Positions 48,818-59,414 of a stretch of 64,000 nt of DNA are shown here, in pieces. Both the position numbers and the translations under genes were made by a program. The notes under the pieces were generated by a model. It was not told where the DNA came from. It did no database searches and saw only the letters and a program-made list of their open reading frames with translations. The number at the start of each line of letters is the position of its first letter. The stretch's first letter is position 1. Source of the DNA: an uncultured bacterium. GTDB taxonomy: Bacteria > Acidobacteriota > HRBIN11 > JAKEFK01. The stretch lies in NCBI GenBank assembly GCA_963777505.1, contig CAVZQN010000004.1, forward strand, positions 64,001 through 128,000, written 5' to 3'.

Positions 48818-51376
48818 TTAGAATTTGTAGCCTACTCGAACGTAGTACGAAGCTCCATTGATTCCGAATGGCAAAGTTTCCCAACCGTAGATGAACCCGA
48901 GCTCTGGGAAAGGAGAACCAGCCGCCAGACTCCATTCATCGGGATATACATCAAAAATATTCAATCCACCGCCTGTGATTTGCAGGCCATTTGAGAACTG
49001 ATAGCCAACTGAAGCATCGGTCAGCCACTTTCCGCCCCACTCCTGTTTAATTCCGGTGAATCCTTCGCCGGCAACTCCACCGAAGTAGTTGAAGCGTAAG
49101 TTCGCTCTCCATGAACCTGATAACAGCGTACCGGAAAGAAGATGATGCTGTTGGGGTTGTCCTTCTTCGATCAGTGTGATCTGAGCCTGATCAAACAATA
49201 CCGGTGCAGGAAGGATTGCTGATGGTGAACGCCGATCGGTAACTTCAGTTTTATTAAAATTGAAGGCTCCTTCCAGCGCTAGCACTGCATTATCACTAAC
49301 TTGCCAATCATATAGAGCAACGAAATCGACGCCAGTAGTTTCTGTGTCAATTGCATTCGTAAAAAACAGAATCTGGCCTACGCCGAATGGATCCAGAAGA
49401 TTTCGGATCGGACAGCCCGCCGGAGTTGCGCATGCTGATTCAGGTTCGGGTTGTATGTTGCTCGAAAAGATGATGCGATCATCAATATCGATCCGGAAAA
49501 AATCAACCGTAATTCTGAAGCGTTCAGTTGGTTTAGCAACGATTCCAATCGAATAGTTTACCGAAGTTTCTTCTTCAAGCGCCGGAATTCCAAATGATCT
49601 CGTTAGTTCTCCACCTTGAAGCGCAGTTAAAGTGTCGGTCAAAACGCCTGCAGAATTGAGGTTTGTAGAGCGTTGACTATAAAATGCTTGTTGAACGCCA
49701 GGCGCTCGAAAACCATTCGAGATAGTACCGCGGAGAGCAAACTCTGGAGCGAAATTTACACGAGCGGAAAATTTACCTGTTACTGTATTTCCGAAATCAG
49801 AATAGTTTTCCCACCGTATTGCAGCGCCAAGAAGGAATATTTTGTGAAGCTGTTTTTCTACATCAATGTAGAGAGCCGTATTGCTGCGGCTTTCATCAAC
49901 AGCTTCAGCAGGTGACCACCCCGGAAATCCTTGCGCACCGGGCTGTGCAATTGCGCCAGTCTGATCCAGAATTATGATGTCGCGGTTATTGGTACGGCCA
50001 TAAGAATAGGAAGCGAGATCACCCTCTTCAATCTGGTAACTATCCTGTCGCCATTCAAAACCAGTTGCCAGAAAGAACGGACTTTCATCGCCTAACCAAT
50101 CAAACTTGCTTGTAAAATCAACTCCGATATTTTGCATTCCGTATTCAAGGGTACCTGTATCTGATTCCAGCGGAGTTTCTTCAAAACGAGGTCCTGTTGG
50201 ATTATTCGGATCCAACGGTTCGAAAAACCAGCTTACATTGGCAGTGTTTTCTTCACGGAATTTGAATTTGTTTTGTCCGTAGTTGTAGTAGACGTCATAA
50301 CTCCAATCTTCGTTAATGTCACCTTTGTACCCGAATACCGCAGAAATATCGGTTGGCTGCGTGATAATCGTTGGCAAAAATCCGTCAGGATAGATTGAAG
50401 GAATCGTGCGGCCGTCTCCTGACGTTCGGAAAAATCCTGAAGAGTTTCCTTCCCGGCGTGACCAGCCTCCGAATCCATATAATTCACCGTCACCGGCAGG
50501 TATCTTTGCATTGAGCCATATATAGCCATCTTCTGCATCTGGATCGCCAATGCGCTGTGTTACCTCAGGTGGAGAAACACGTAAAAGATCCGGCCCCGCT
50601 CTGTTTGTTTCACCGCGATCGCGGTATTCACCAGTCACATTAATCACACCATCTTCACCAACTCGAAATCCTTTATTCACACCGGCCGTCACAATTTCGC
50701 CATCACCTTCATACGTTTGGCCGGTTTCGAAGACAGCATCACCATCAACACCATCTTTAAGAATGATGTTGATAACGCCTGCAATTGCATCGGATCCGTA
50801 CTGTGCTGCTGCGCCATCGCGCAGTACTTCGATGTGATCAATGGCCGAGAGCGGAATTGCATTGATATCAGTGCCTGCCGATCCGCGCGCAATCGTCTGC
50901 TGAACATTCAACAACGATTGTTGATGACGACGCTTTCCATTAATCAGTATCAGCACTTGATCCGCACCCAAACCACGCAACGTGGCTGGACGAATAATAT
51001 CGGTACCATCACTGATGTACGTTGTTGAGAAATTAAAAGAAGGTGCAAGCAGCTGAAGTGCCTTACCAACTTCCGTCGCGCCAGTACTCTCAAGGGTGGT
51101 TCTATCGATAATATCCACCGGTGCAGTCGTTTCAGTGGCAACGCGTCCTTCAACACGTGTGCCAGTAACTGTAATTTCTTCTGAAACTGGTTCCTCTTCC
51201 AGCGCTTCTTCAGCCTGTTTTTCTTCTTCTGTTTGTTCCTCTTCAGTTTGATTCTCCTGTGCCATGGTAATCGTGATTGGCACGAGCAAGATTCCTACTG
51301 TCAGCAGCGCCATTAAAAACAATGGGATGGCTTGCCTCAGAGTTTTTTCAATCGTAACGGGATGAATTTTGATCAT
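48818..51376 (-). CDS. TonB-dependent receptor
   Basis: EEITVTGTR TonB box, IEVLRDGAAAQYGSDAIAGVINIIL plug, C-terminal YKF; ATG 51376 follows GGAGG. Confidence 0.93.
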   Translation of the reverse strand: MIKIHPVTIEKTLRQAIPLFLMALLTVGILLVPITITMAQENQTEEEQTEEEKQAEEALEEEPVSEEITVTGTRVEGRVATETTAPVDIIDRTTLESTGATEVGKALQLLAPSFNFSTTYISDGTDIIRPATLRGLGADQVLILINGKRRHQQSLLNVQQTIARGSAGTDINAIPLSAIDHIEVLRDGAAAQYGSDAIAGVINIILKDGVDGDAVFETGQTYEGDGEIVTAGVNKGFRVGEDGVINVTGEYRDRGETNRAGPDLLRVSPPEVTQRIGDPDAEDGYIWLNAKIPAGDGELYGFGGWSRREGNSSGFFRTSGDGRTIPSIYPDGFLPTIITQPTDISAVFGYKGDINEDWSYDVYYNYGQNKFKFREENTANVSWFFEPLDPNNPTGPRFEETPLESDTGTLEYGMQNIGVDFTSKFDWLGDESPFFLATGFEWRQDSYQIEEGDLASYSYGRTNNRDIIILDQTGAIAQPGAQGFPGWSPAEAVDESRSNTALYIDVEKQLHKIFLLGAAIRWENYSDFGNTVTGKFSARVNFAPEFALRGTISNGFRAPGVQQAFYSQRSTNLNSAGVLTDTLTALQGGELTRSFGIPALEEETSVNYSIGIVAKPTERFRITVDFFRIDIDDRIIFSSNIQPEPESACATPAGCPIRNLLDPFGVGQILFFTNAIDTETTGVDFVALYDWQVSDNAVLALEGAFNFNKTEVTDRRSPSAILPAPVLFDQAQITLIEEGQPQQHHLLSGTLLSGSWRANLRFNYFGGVAGEGFTGIKQEWGGKWLTDASVGYQFSNGLQITGGGLNIFDVYPDEWSLAAGSPFPELGFIYGWETLPFGINGASYYVRVGYKF

Positions 51377-51499
51377 TGGCTGTTCCCTCCGAAGAAAATT
51401 AAATGACTTCTTCTTCTGTTTCCACATCCGTTCTTAGATCCGGATGCGTTCACTTGTCCTGGTATCGAGGAATATTCTATCGCAACTCATAGATTCATG

Positions 51500-52519
51500 T
51501 TAGTTCCATGGCATTGCGGAGCGATAAGTCCAATAGTCATACGGACTCTCCTCAAATGAAAGGAGCGTTGCCAGGGCACGTTCATCAAGTTGGACTTCTA
51601 AAGCTTTGAGATTGGATTGAAGCTGGTCGATCGTTGTAGCGCCGCTCAAAACAATATCGGCCCAGGGTTGTGCAAGGACTGCTGCTATTGAAAGCGCATC
51701 AATCGATGTCTTCAAGCGTGCAGCTTCATTTTCCAGAATCTTTCTTTTCACTGCAAATTTCGGGTCATAGTTGCGATCAGTCAGTCTTCCATTTGCAAGT
51801 GCTTCTTTGATTACGATTCCAACTTCTTGATCATGAGCTTTCTGAAGAACGTTAGCTATTGATTGTTCCAATATGTTCCAGGTTGCTTGAATACATTTAA
51901 AAAGTGGAACACCGCTGAATTGAACCTCGAGTGCTTGACTGATTGTTTCGGCCTGATCTTTTCCGCTCACAGTGAGGCCGATTGCAATTCCTTGATGTGA
52001 CAATTTGAATAATTGCTCAAGAACTTCTTTGTTTTCGAGTACTCGAGTTTCTTGCGTTGCGGAGTGAATGTAGTAGATGTCTAGATGATTCCCAAGAATT
52101 GATTTGCTTTCCTGCGACTGAGTTAACAAACGTTCAATAGAGTGGTCTTTCACTTCATGTTTATCAACGTTGATTTCCCAGTCAGCTGTATATGTATACC
52201 CCCATTTTGATGCTACGGTAACATCTTTTGGATCGATCTTTTTGTTGCCAAGCCATGAGCCTAAAAATTTTTCCGCCTTTCCGTAAGATCGTGCTGCATC
52301 AAAATAACGGATCCCTCTTTCCCATGCAAAATCAAGAACACTGTGAGCGTGCTTTTCCATTGCTTCAGGATCATAATTTCCATGAAAATCCTGTGCGTGA
52401 CCAATATTGATATAACCAGGACGACCAAGCGCGGCCATTCCCAATCCGATTCTGGAATTTTCACCGCAGAGTCGCAAAGATTTACCACCAGCCCTGACGT
52501 TTCGCCCATCGAAATACAA
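51500..52519 (-). CDS. Aldo/keto reductase (start uncertain)
   Basis: IGLGMAALGRPG, FDAARSYG, SKWG, IHS, SGATT..QL..N. Confidence 0.85.
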   Translation of the reverse strand: MYFDGRNVRAGGKSLRLCGENSRIGLGMAALGRPGYINIGHAQDFHGNYDPEAMEKHAHSVLDFAWERGIRYFDAARSYGKAEKFLGSWLGNKKIDPKDVTVASKWGYTYTADWEINVDKHEVKDHSIERLLTQSQESKSILGNHLDIYYIHSATQETRVLENKEVLEQLFKLSHQGIAIGLTVSGKDQAETISQALEVQFSGVPLFKCIQATWNILEQSIANVLQKAHDQEVGIVIKEALANGRLTDRNYDPKFAVKRKILENEAARLKTSIDALSIAAVLAQPWADIVLSGATTIDQLQSNLKALEVQLDERALATLLSFEESPYDYWTYRSAMPWN

Positions 52520-53528
52520 AAGTCATGAGCAATAAGATCACCACAAGGACCGCAATCAGATGAAGTGGCTGAGTTTCCTGATTTACGATGATGTTCATCC
52601 CGTAAATCGATGCAATTGCTGTGACAGGAAGGAGCAAAACCGTTATTAATGCTAATCGTTCCATTGCGATGTTCAGCTTTGTAATTGTGCGATTCTGGTA
52701 AAAGTCGATGACGCCCTGCAAGAATTGTTGTTCACCTTCGGTGAGGCTTCGGATGCGATCAAATTGATCCACAAGATCTATAAGAAAAGGTCTTTCTTCA
52801 ACGGACATAAGCCTTGGTGAAAGCGAAACAATTCTTGAATAACCTTCTCGGCTGTGAGCTACCACCGTTCGAACAGTTAAAAGCTCATGGCGAAGGTGAA
52901 ACATAGTTTCGAGGAGTTTTTCGGGATCACCAATATGTCCTTCAATCACATTTTGTTCCAACGTCTCTACTTTGCCGGCAAGTTCAGAAACTAGATGTTC
53001 TATCCGGCGCGCTATAGAAGAAACGATTGAATAGGACAACTCTGCAGGAAGTTTCGGCTTGAGCCGTCCGGATTTCATTCGCTGTAATGCAGTTTCAGTA
53101 CTTTTAAGCGAAGCCTCTAGTGTTACGTTTTGACTTCCCGGTTCATGAATCGTAACGATGTATTTTCTACTAAGGAATTGGTCTATTTCCAAAAGATGAA
53201 TGTGATCATCAGAGCCGAGCTCAGGAATTTGCAAGGCAATGAAAAAATAGTCCGTATAGGCATGTACTTTTGGCAAATGAGTTGGTTCACGGCAAGCCTG
53301 AATCGCAAGTGGATGAAAGCGAAATACGTCTGTCAAAAGTGAAGCAGCTTCGTTATTACATTCGCGAATGTCGATCCAAAGAAAACCATCCTCTCGATCG
53401 ATTAGTTTTTTTATTTCATCGAATTCATGCTCTTCAATTCCTAAGGAATTGATCCAATAAATCTTGATGCTGCAATCGTGAGCACCTTGGGACGTGATGG
53501 ATTCGCTAGTTTGTTTTTGGGCTTCCAT
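52482..53528 (-). CDS. corA: CorA-family Mg2+/Co2+ transporter
   Basis: F.FHPLAI, two C-terminal TM helices with YGMN. Confidence 0.85.
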   Translation of the reverse strand: MEAQKQTSESITSQGAHDCSIKIYWINSLGIEEHEFDEIKKLIDREDGFLWIDIRECNNEAASLLTDVFRFHPLAIQACREPTHLPKVHAYTDYFFIALQIPELGSDDHIHLLEIDQFLSRKYIVTIHEPGSQNVTLEASLKSTETALQRMKSGRLKPKLPAELSYSIVSSIARRIEHLVSELAGKVETLEQNVIEGHIGDPEKLLETMFHLRHELLTVRTVVAHSREGYSRIVSLSPRLMSVEERPFLIDLVDQFDRIRSLTEGEQQFLQGVIDFYQNRTITKLNIAMERLALITVLLLPVTAIASIYGMNIIVNQETQPLHLIAVLVVILLLMTFVFRWAKRQGWW

Positions 53529-53571
53529 GTTTGGGGAAGTATTCGTCCTCCTAAGTATACTCGTTTCATTA

Positions 53572-53596
53572 GGGCGGGTCTTAGACCCGCCCCCAC
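53572..53596 (-). repeat. REP (GTGG variant)
   Basis: Same GGGCGGGTCTAAGACCCGCCC palindrome. Confidence 0.75.
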
Positions 53597-53600
53597 GGCC

Positions 53601-54416
53601 CTATTTTCCGCAACGAAAACCAGCCGCTGATGCATCACCAATGCTATTAGGAGCTCCATTCTGATCGATTGCATAAACGCCTGCACGCTCTCCGGTTCCT
53701 CCGCTGTTGGGTACAATCGCAAAGCTGCCACCTCTCAGTGTTGTGCCTGGGAGTCCGTAAACCGTTCCATTTGGCGCGCCACCCATATTACTGCTATCGC
53801 CACCAAACCCCGGAATGAAAACATCCCAGTTTGTGCCTGCCGTAGCAAGCGGACCCCAATCTCCAACAAATTCGATTACGTTTCCAACCATGTCATAGGC
53901 CTCTATGTCAGATTTGCATTTGCTGCGGGATCCAGTGAGTGCAATAGTCGGGCTTTCAAGATTGCATTCGTTTGCAGGATCAGTTTGCGGCCAAGGATCA
54001 GGAGTTCCTAATGCTGCCGCTTGCCATTCCGCATTGGTCAACATGCGCTTGCCCGAATTGCGGCACGCTGCCGCAGCAATGAAGTAGTTTATCGAGCGGG
54101 CCGGAATCACACCAGGAAGAGACAACGCAAATATGTTCTTGCATCCGGCTCCGTTAAATTGACATTGTGCATCGGTGTAGTCAACTCCGTTAATACCAAC
54201 CTGCACAGCCCCGCAATCCTCAAGGTCTATTACTTTTCCCTTTTGGATCTTTTGAATACATCGTTCGTTTGTAATTTTCCACAAACTTGCCTCGTACTGA
54301 TCAACACAGATGGATCCTGACTGCACCATGCCCGACGGGCACGCAGCCCACGCATAAGAACAGAAAAATAGAGACGCTGCCACCATGGTGGCCGATAGGA
54401 ACTTATTGATTCTCAT
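53601..54416 (-). CDS. Secreted FGE-sulfatase / C-type-lectin-fold protein
   Basis: CPSGM...CVDQYEA, AACRNSGKRMLTNAEWQAAA, YDMVGNVIEF, LRGGS, terminal GFRC. Confidence 0.85.
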   Translation of the reverse strand: MRINKFLSATMVAASLFFCSYAWAACPSGMVQSGSICVDQYEASLWKITNERCIQKIQKGKVIDLEDCGAVQVGINGVDYTDAQCQFNGAGCKNIFALSLPGVIPARSINYFIAAAACRNSGKRMLTNAEWQAAALGTPDPWPQTDPANECNLESPTIALTGSRSKCKSDIEAYDMVGNVIEFVGDWGPLATAGTNWDVFIPGFGGDSSNMGGAPNGTVYGLPGTTLRGGSFAIVPNSGGTGERAGVYAIDQNGAPNSIGDASAAGFRCGK

Positions 54417-54551
54417 ATGTTTTCTCCTCGAAATTTTTCACCTATTCAAAGAAGAGAAGAAATCATGATGATTATTTGTGCCGGGAAGAATAAAGATCCT
54501 GAACTATAATGGAACATCAAATGATTAGATTCTGCTGCAGCGCGGCCTACT

Positions 54552-55940
54552 TTGAGTCTTTTGACTCCGGAACAGATTCAGCTCGTTCATGAAGGCTCAT
54601 TAAAAGTCCTCGAACATACTGGAATGATTGTCGAATCCGAGCGCGCTCGAGCCGTTTATGCAAAGGCAAAAGACAGCATCATGATTGATGATATTCGCGT
54701 AAAGTTCAAACGCGACGTCGTTGAATGGGCAATAAAAGCTGCACCCTCTACATATGATGTCTACAACAGGCTTGGCGAAAAAGTATTTTCGCTGGGAGAG
54801 GGCAAAACAAGATTTGGCAATGGTGTAACCAATCTTTTTTACCAGGATCCTTTGACTGATGAGGTAACTCAATTTACGCGAAAAAATATGGAAATGGGAG
54901 TCCGGCTGGCGCAGTCTCTGTCCGAATATGATGTCATCTCAACTCTTGGGGTACTGCGCGATATGCCCCCTCAAGTTGCGGATTTATATGCTGTGCTTGA
55001 AATGGTTGCAAATTCTACGAAGCCGCTTGTGCTTTTGATTTCCGATGAAAAACTTTTTCCACGTGTGCTTCAATTACTTGAACATATTCATGGAGACGTT
55101 GGAACACGGCCGTTTATCATTCCATATTTGAACCCGGTGACGCCGCTCAAAATTAATGAAGGAACCTCAGATAAGCTTCTTGATTCAATTGAGCATGGAA
55201 TTGCTGCGATTTTTTCTAACTATGGAATGGCAGGGATGTCTACTCCAATCACTCCTGCCGGCGCGTTGACATTCTTAAATGCCGAACTTCTTTCTGGTGT
55301 CGTTTTGAGTCAACTCGCAAAAGAAGGAGCGCCAATTATCTGTGGAAGTTTGCCTGCCTATTTTGATATGAAAACGATGGTTGATTTTATGGAGATGCAA
55401 AGTTTTCTGATCAACCTTGGATGCGCAGAAATGATGGCGCATTATGGAATTCCACATGCAGGAACATCCGGAAGCGGAGAAGGTTGGAGCGCAGATTTAC
55501 TTGCAGCTGGCACAAATTGGACAAATCATCTTACAAGTTTGATGGGTAAATGCGGGTTGGCTCCGTTCGTAGGCAGCGGTTTGAATTCTAAAGTTTATAT
55601 GCCCACACAAACTGTGTACGCGAATGAAGTGATTGCACAAGCACGTTTTTTTGCACAAGGATTTCCAGTTGATGTTAAATCTGTTGGTGCTGATGAGATC
55701 ATCTATGAAATGCAAGAAAATGGACACTTTTTAATGTCCGAATCAACATTAGCTGTCTATCAAAATGCATATTTTCAGGGAATCTTTCCACGGATTAGTT
55801 TAGAAAAATGGGAAGAGCTTGGAAATCCACGAATGGAGCAATTGCTTCGTGATCGAACCGTAGAATTGCTGACTAATCAGGAAGGGCCGGAGGATCACGA
55901 TTCAATCATCCGCCGCGGCGAAGAATTCCTCACCTCTTAG
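54552..55940 (+). CDS. Trimethylamine methyltransferase (MttB) superfamily, non-pyrrolysine; 5' end probably frameshifted from ATG 54521
   Basis: L..EQIQLVHEGSLKVLE.TG, NPVTPL, GMSTPITPAG, AE.LSG...SQL..EGAP, GHFL; no in-frame TAG. Confidence 0.85.
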   Translation: MSLLTPEQIQLVHEGSLKVLEHTGMIVESERARAVYAKAKDSIMIDDIRVKFKRDVVEWAIKAAPSTYDVYNRLGEKVFSLGEGKTRFGNGVTNLFYQDPLTDEVTQFTRKNMEMGVRLAQSLSEYDVISTLGVLRDMPPQVADLYAVLEMVANSTKPLVLLISDEKLFPRVLQLLEHIHGDVGTRPFIIPYLNPVTPLKINEGTSDKLLDSIEHGIAAIFSNYGMAGMSTPITPAGALTFLNAELLSGVVLSQLAKEGAPIICGSLPAYFDMKTMVDFMEMQSFLINLGCAEMMAHYGIPHAGTSGSGEGWSADLLAAGTNWTNHLTSLMGKCGLAPFVGSGLNSKVYMPTQTVYANEVIAQARFFAQGFPVDVKSVGADEIIYEMQENGHFLMSESTLAVYQNAYFQGIFPRISLEKWEELGNPRMEQLLRDRTVELLTNQEGPEDHDSIIRRGEEFLTS

Positions 55941-55948
55941 TGTCTTTC

Positions 55949-56099
55949 TAGCCCCCGGCGCGAGCCGGGGGATAAGGATTCATCCAATGATCAAGCCCGC
56001 CGAAGGCGGGCGTAAGAGTATTCCTAATAAATAGTCTTTCGCCCGCTTGAAGCGGGCGGTCTGCTTCCGAAAACCAAACCCGGCATACGCCGGGGGCTA
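55949..56099. mobile_element. Nested-palindrome REP/MITE-like element, copy 2
   Basis: TAGCCCCCGGCGCGAGCCGGGGG ... CCCGGCATACGCCGGGGGCTA; same internal layout as 8409-8585. Confidence 0.75.
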
Positions 56100-56164
56100 T
56101 ACGTTCGGAACTCTCCAACTCGATGGTAAACTTGGCATCTACAAAAAACATGGAGGGCCGCACC

Positions 56165-59100
56165 ATGCCTACTGCAGTCCGCAAATTTTCAGCAATCCTA
56201 ATTCTATTCATCAGTGCAATTGCTTTTTCAATACAAGCAGCAGAACTGAAAGATCAGCCCGAACTGAAAGGGCTTAAGTATCGTTCAATCGGTCCTGCGT
56301 GGGGTGGACGTGTTTCGCGAGGTGCCGGAGTTCCAGGCGATCCTTCAGTCTATTATTTTGCGGCCGCATCAGCGGGCATCTGGAAATCAACAGATGGCGG
56401 GTCTACATGGAAATGTATTTCTGGTGATCAGACTGTATCTTCAATGGGTTCACTCGCAATTGCGCCATCCGATGCAAATGTAATTTACGCCGGATCAGGC
56501 GAAGCAAACATTCGCGGAAATGTTGCTGCTGGAAATGGAATTTATAAAACGAGTGATGCAGGAAAGACATGGACTCATGTTTGGAAACAAGAAGGGCAGA
56601 TTGGAACAATGGCCGTTCATCCTACCAATGCGCAGATCGCATTTGCCGCTGTTCTGGGTCATGCGTTTGGCCCTAATCCTGAACGCGGCATATATAGAAC
56701 TACTGACGGTGGAAAAACATGGCAACAAGTTTTGAAGAAAGATGAAAACACTGGCGCATCTGATGTCGCAATCGATCCAAACAACCCCAACATTATCTTC
56801 GCAGGAATGTGGCAAGCGCGGCGAACTCCATGGTCATTAACAAGCGGAGGTCCTGGCGGTGGTTTATACGTTTCTAAAGATGGTGGAAATACCTGGAAAC
56901 AACTTCAGGGAAATGGCCTGCCTGATGGAATTTATGGAAGAGTTGGCGTCGCAGTTGCTCCCTCTGACAGCCGCCGCGTTTATGCACTGATTGAAGCAGA
57001 GCAAGGCGGATTGTTCCGTTCTGATGATGGTGGTGAAAATTGGACGAAAGCCACTGCGAATCGGCTCTTGCGGCAGCGCGCATGGTATTACACAACTCTA
57101 ACTGTCCATCCAACAAATCCGAATGAGATTTGGGCACCGAATGTTCCGATGCTGAAAAGTATCGATGGCGGCGTCACCTGGGAAATTATTTCAGGATTCA
57201 GTCATGGGGATCATCATGATATGTGGATCGATCCGAAAAATCCAAAGCGATTGATTACAGCCCATGATGGCGGCGTTGATATTTCATTAAACGGTGGCGA
57301 AACGTGGTCTGCACCGTCTCTACCGTTAGGTCAGTTTTATCACGTGACGGCTGATAATCGCGTTCCATTTCACGTTGCCGGCGCTCAACAGGACATCGGA
57401 ACAGCACAAGGTCCAAGCAGAAGTCTTACGAATCGCGGTATTCGAACCGCAGAATGGTACACAGTTGGCGGAGGTGAAGCAGGACATGTCGTTTCCGATT
57501 CCTCTGATCCAAATATTGTGTATGCGGGTGAATATCTTGGCTACATTTCAGTTTACGATCATCGAACGCGTCAGTCTTACAACATCAGTGCATATCCTGA
57601 AAATGGATCAGGACATGGCGCTGAAGATTTGAAGTACAGATTTCAATGGACTGCACCGATCGCAGTTTCACCGCACAATCCAAAAGTTGTTTATCACGGC
57701 GCGAATGTTGTTTTTCGAACTGATGACAAAGGCAAAACCTGGAAAGCGATCAGTCCAGATCTAACGCGAAATGATAAATCCAAACAGGAATGGTCAGGTG
57801 GACCGATTACTGGTGACAACACAGGAGTCGAATTTTATTGCACAATTTTTGCGATCGCTGAATCGCCTGTGCAAAAAGGATTGATCTGGACCGGCAGTGA
57901 TGATGGTCTTGTACACGTCACAACAGATGACGGACAAAATTGGACCAATGTCACGAAAGCAATGCCCGGCTTTCCTGAATGGGGAACGGTCAGCATCATC
58001 GAGCCTTCCCGCTACGATGCAAATACAGCTTATGTCGTTGTCGATGCACACCGATTGGATAACACCAAACCGTATCTCTATAAAACCACCGATCTTGGAA
58101 AAAACTGGAAGCGCCTCGATTCCGATCTTCCTCAGGATATTTACCTGCATTCTGTCAGAGAGGATCCACTCAAAAAGAACATCCTATATATAGGTACAGA
58201 AAGGGGCGTCGCTTATTCAACAGATGGTGGAGAGAATTGGAAATCGTTAAAGCTCAATTTACCAACAGTGGCTGTTCATGATCTGGCTGTTAAAGATAAC
58301 AGTCTGGTTGTTGGCACGATGGGACATTCGATCTGGATCCTCGATCATTTGAATGTGTCTGCGCGAAATGGATTCTGCAATTGCTTCATCGGAGTCGCAC
58401 CTTTTTACATCTGGGGATGCAATTCGCTGGCAATACGACAGCGTGCGCAGCGATAAATGGACTGGTGATAATCCTTCGGGACGCACACTGATCTACTACT
58501 GGCTTAAAGAACCTTCAAAAGGTGATGTCACTATCGAAATTTTTGATTCACAAAATCGTTTAATCAAAAGCTTCAGCAGCAAACCAAAGCCCGTAGTTGG
58601 ATCTTCAGATGAATTAAAAGAAGAAGAAGAAGCTGCAAAGAACGCAGCGATTTCAAAAGAAAAAGGGATTCAAATAGTTTCATGGGATTTGAACTATGAA
58701 GGAGCCGATTTAATTGAGAACGCAAAAATCGATTGGGGCGATCCGACCGAAGGACCAATTGCTCCTCCAGGTTCCTATACAGTCAAGTTAAACGTTGATG
58801 GAAAATCGTTGACGGCTCCATTAAAGGTCGTGGCTGATCCGCGGGTTTCAATGTCACCTGAAGAATACCAAGCTCAGACCGCATTTGCACTTGAGGTGCG
58901 GGATGCAATGGGACGTGTCACAAAAATTGTTCGTAGCGTTCGTTCAGTGCGAAGTCAGTTGCAGAACCGTAATGAACTGTTGAAATCGAATTCAAATGCA
59001 GCGCAGTTAAGTAAAGATTCTGAAAGTTTAGTTGGAAAATTAAATGCCTTTGAAGAGAAGATTCACAATCCGAAAGCAGAAGTTGTCTATGACATTTTAG

Positions 59101-59324
59101 CAATGAAAGGCGGCGCTAAATTGTATTCAAGACTTTCGCCGCTTTATTCATTTGTTGTTGAAGGCGACACGGCGCCTGTTCAGGGTGTGCGTGAAGTTTT
59201 TGCTGCCCAGAAAAAAGAGCTTGAAAGCTTTGAAGCGGAATGGAAACAATTGAGTGAGAGTTCATTAAAGCCTTTGAACGACGAGGCGCGCCGGTTAGAT
59301 GTGCCGATCATCGTCGCGCCATAG
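56165..59324 (+). pseudogene. VPS10/BNR-repeat glycosyl-hydrolase-like protein, split by a 1-bp insertion near 58355 (probably an assembly error)
   Basis: R.IGP..GGRV, many S.DGG.TW Asp-box repeats; removing one base joins WILDHLNV to LREMDSA... Confidence 0.85.
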
Positions 59325-59414
59325 TAATACGAATTTTAACCGACGGGTCACGGAGAACACCGAATATTCTTAAGGCAAGATGCCTGCGTGCCCTGCGGAC
59401 TCTGTGGTTAATCT

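Noticed and set aside
53601-54416. Complete diversity-generating retroelement
   Set aside because: No reverse transcriptase, avd or template repeat in the window
54552-55940. Pyrrolysine recoding in mttB
   Set aside because: Reading frame has no internal TAG and no pyl genes are present
55948-56277. Short ORFs over the second MITE copy, and other short antisense ORFs in the track
   Set aside because: Derived from repeats or lying opposite well-supported genes, without RBS or recognisable domains
58340-58370. Programmed frameshift in the VPS10 hydrolase (and in mscS)
   Set aside because: No slippery heptamer or homopolymer at the shift; consistent with other insertion errors in the window
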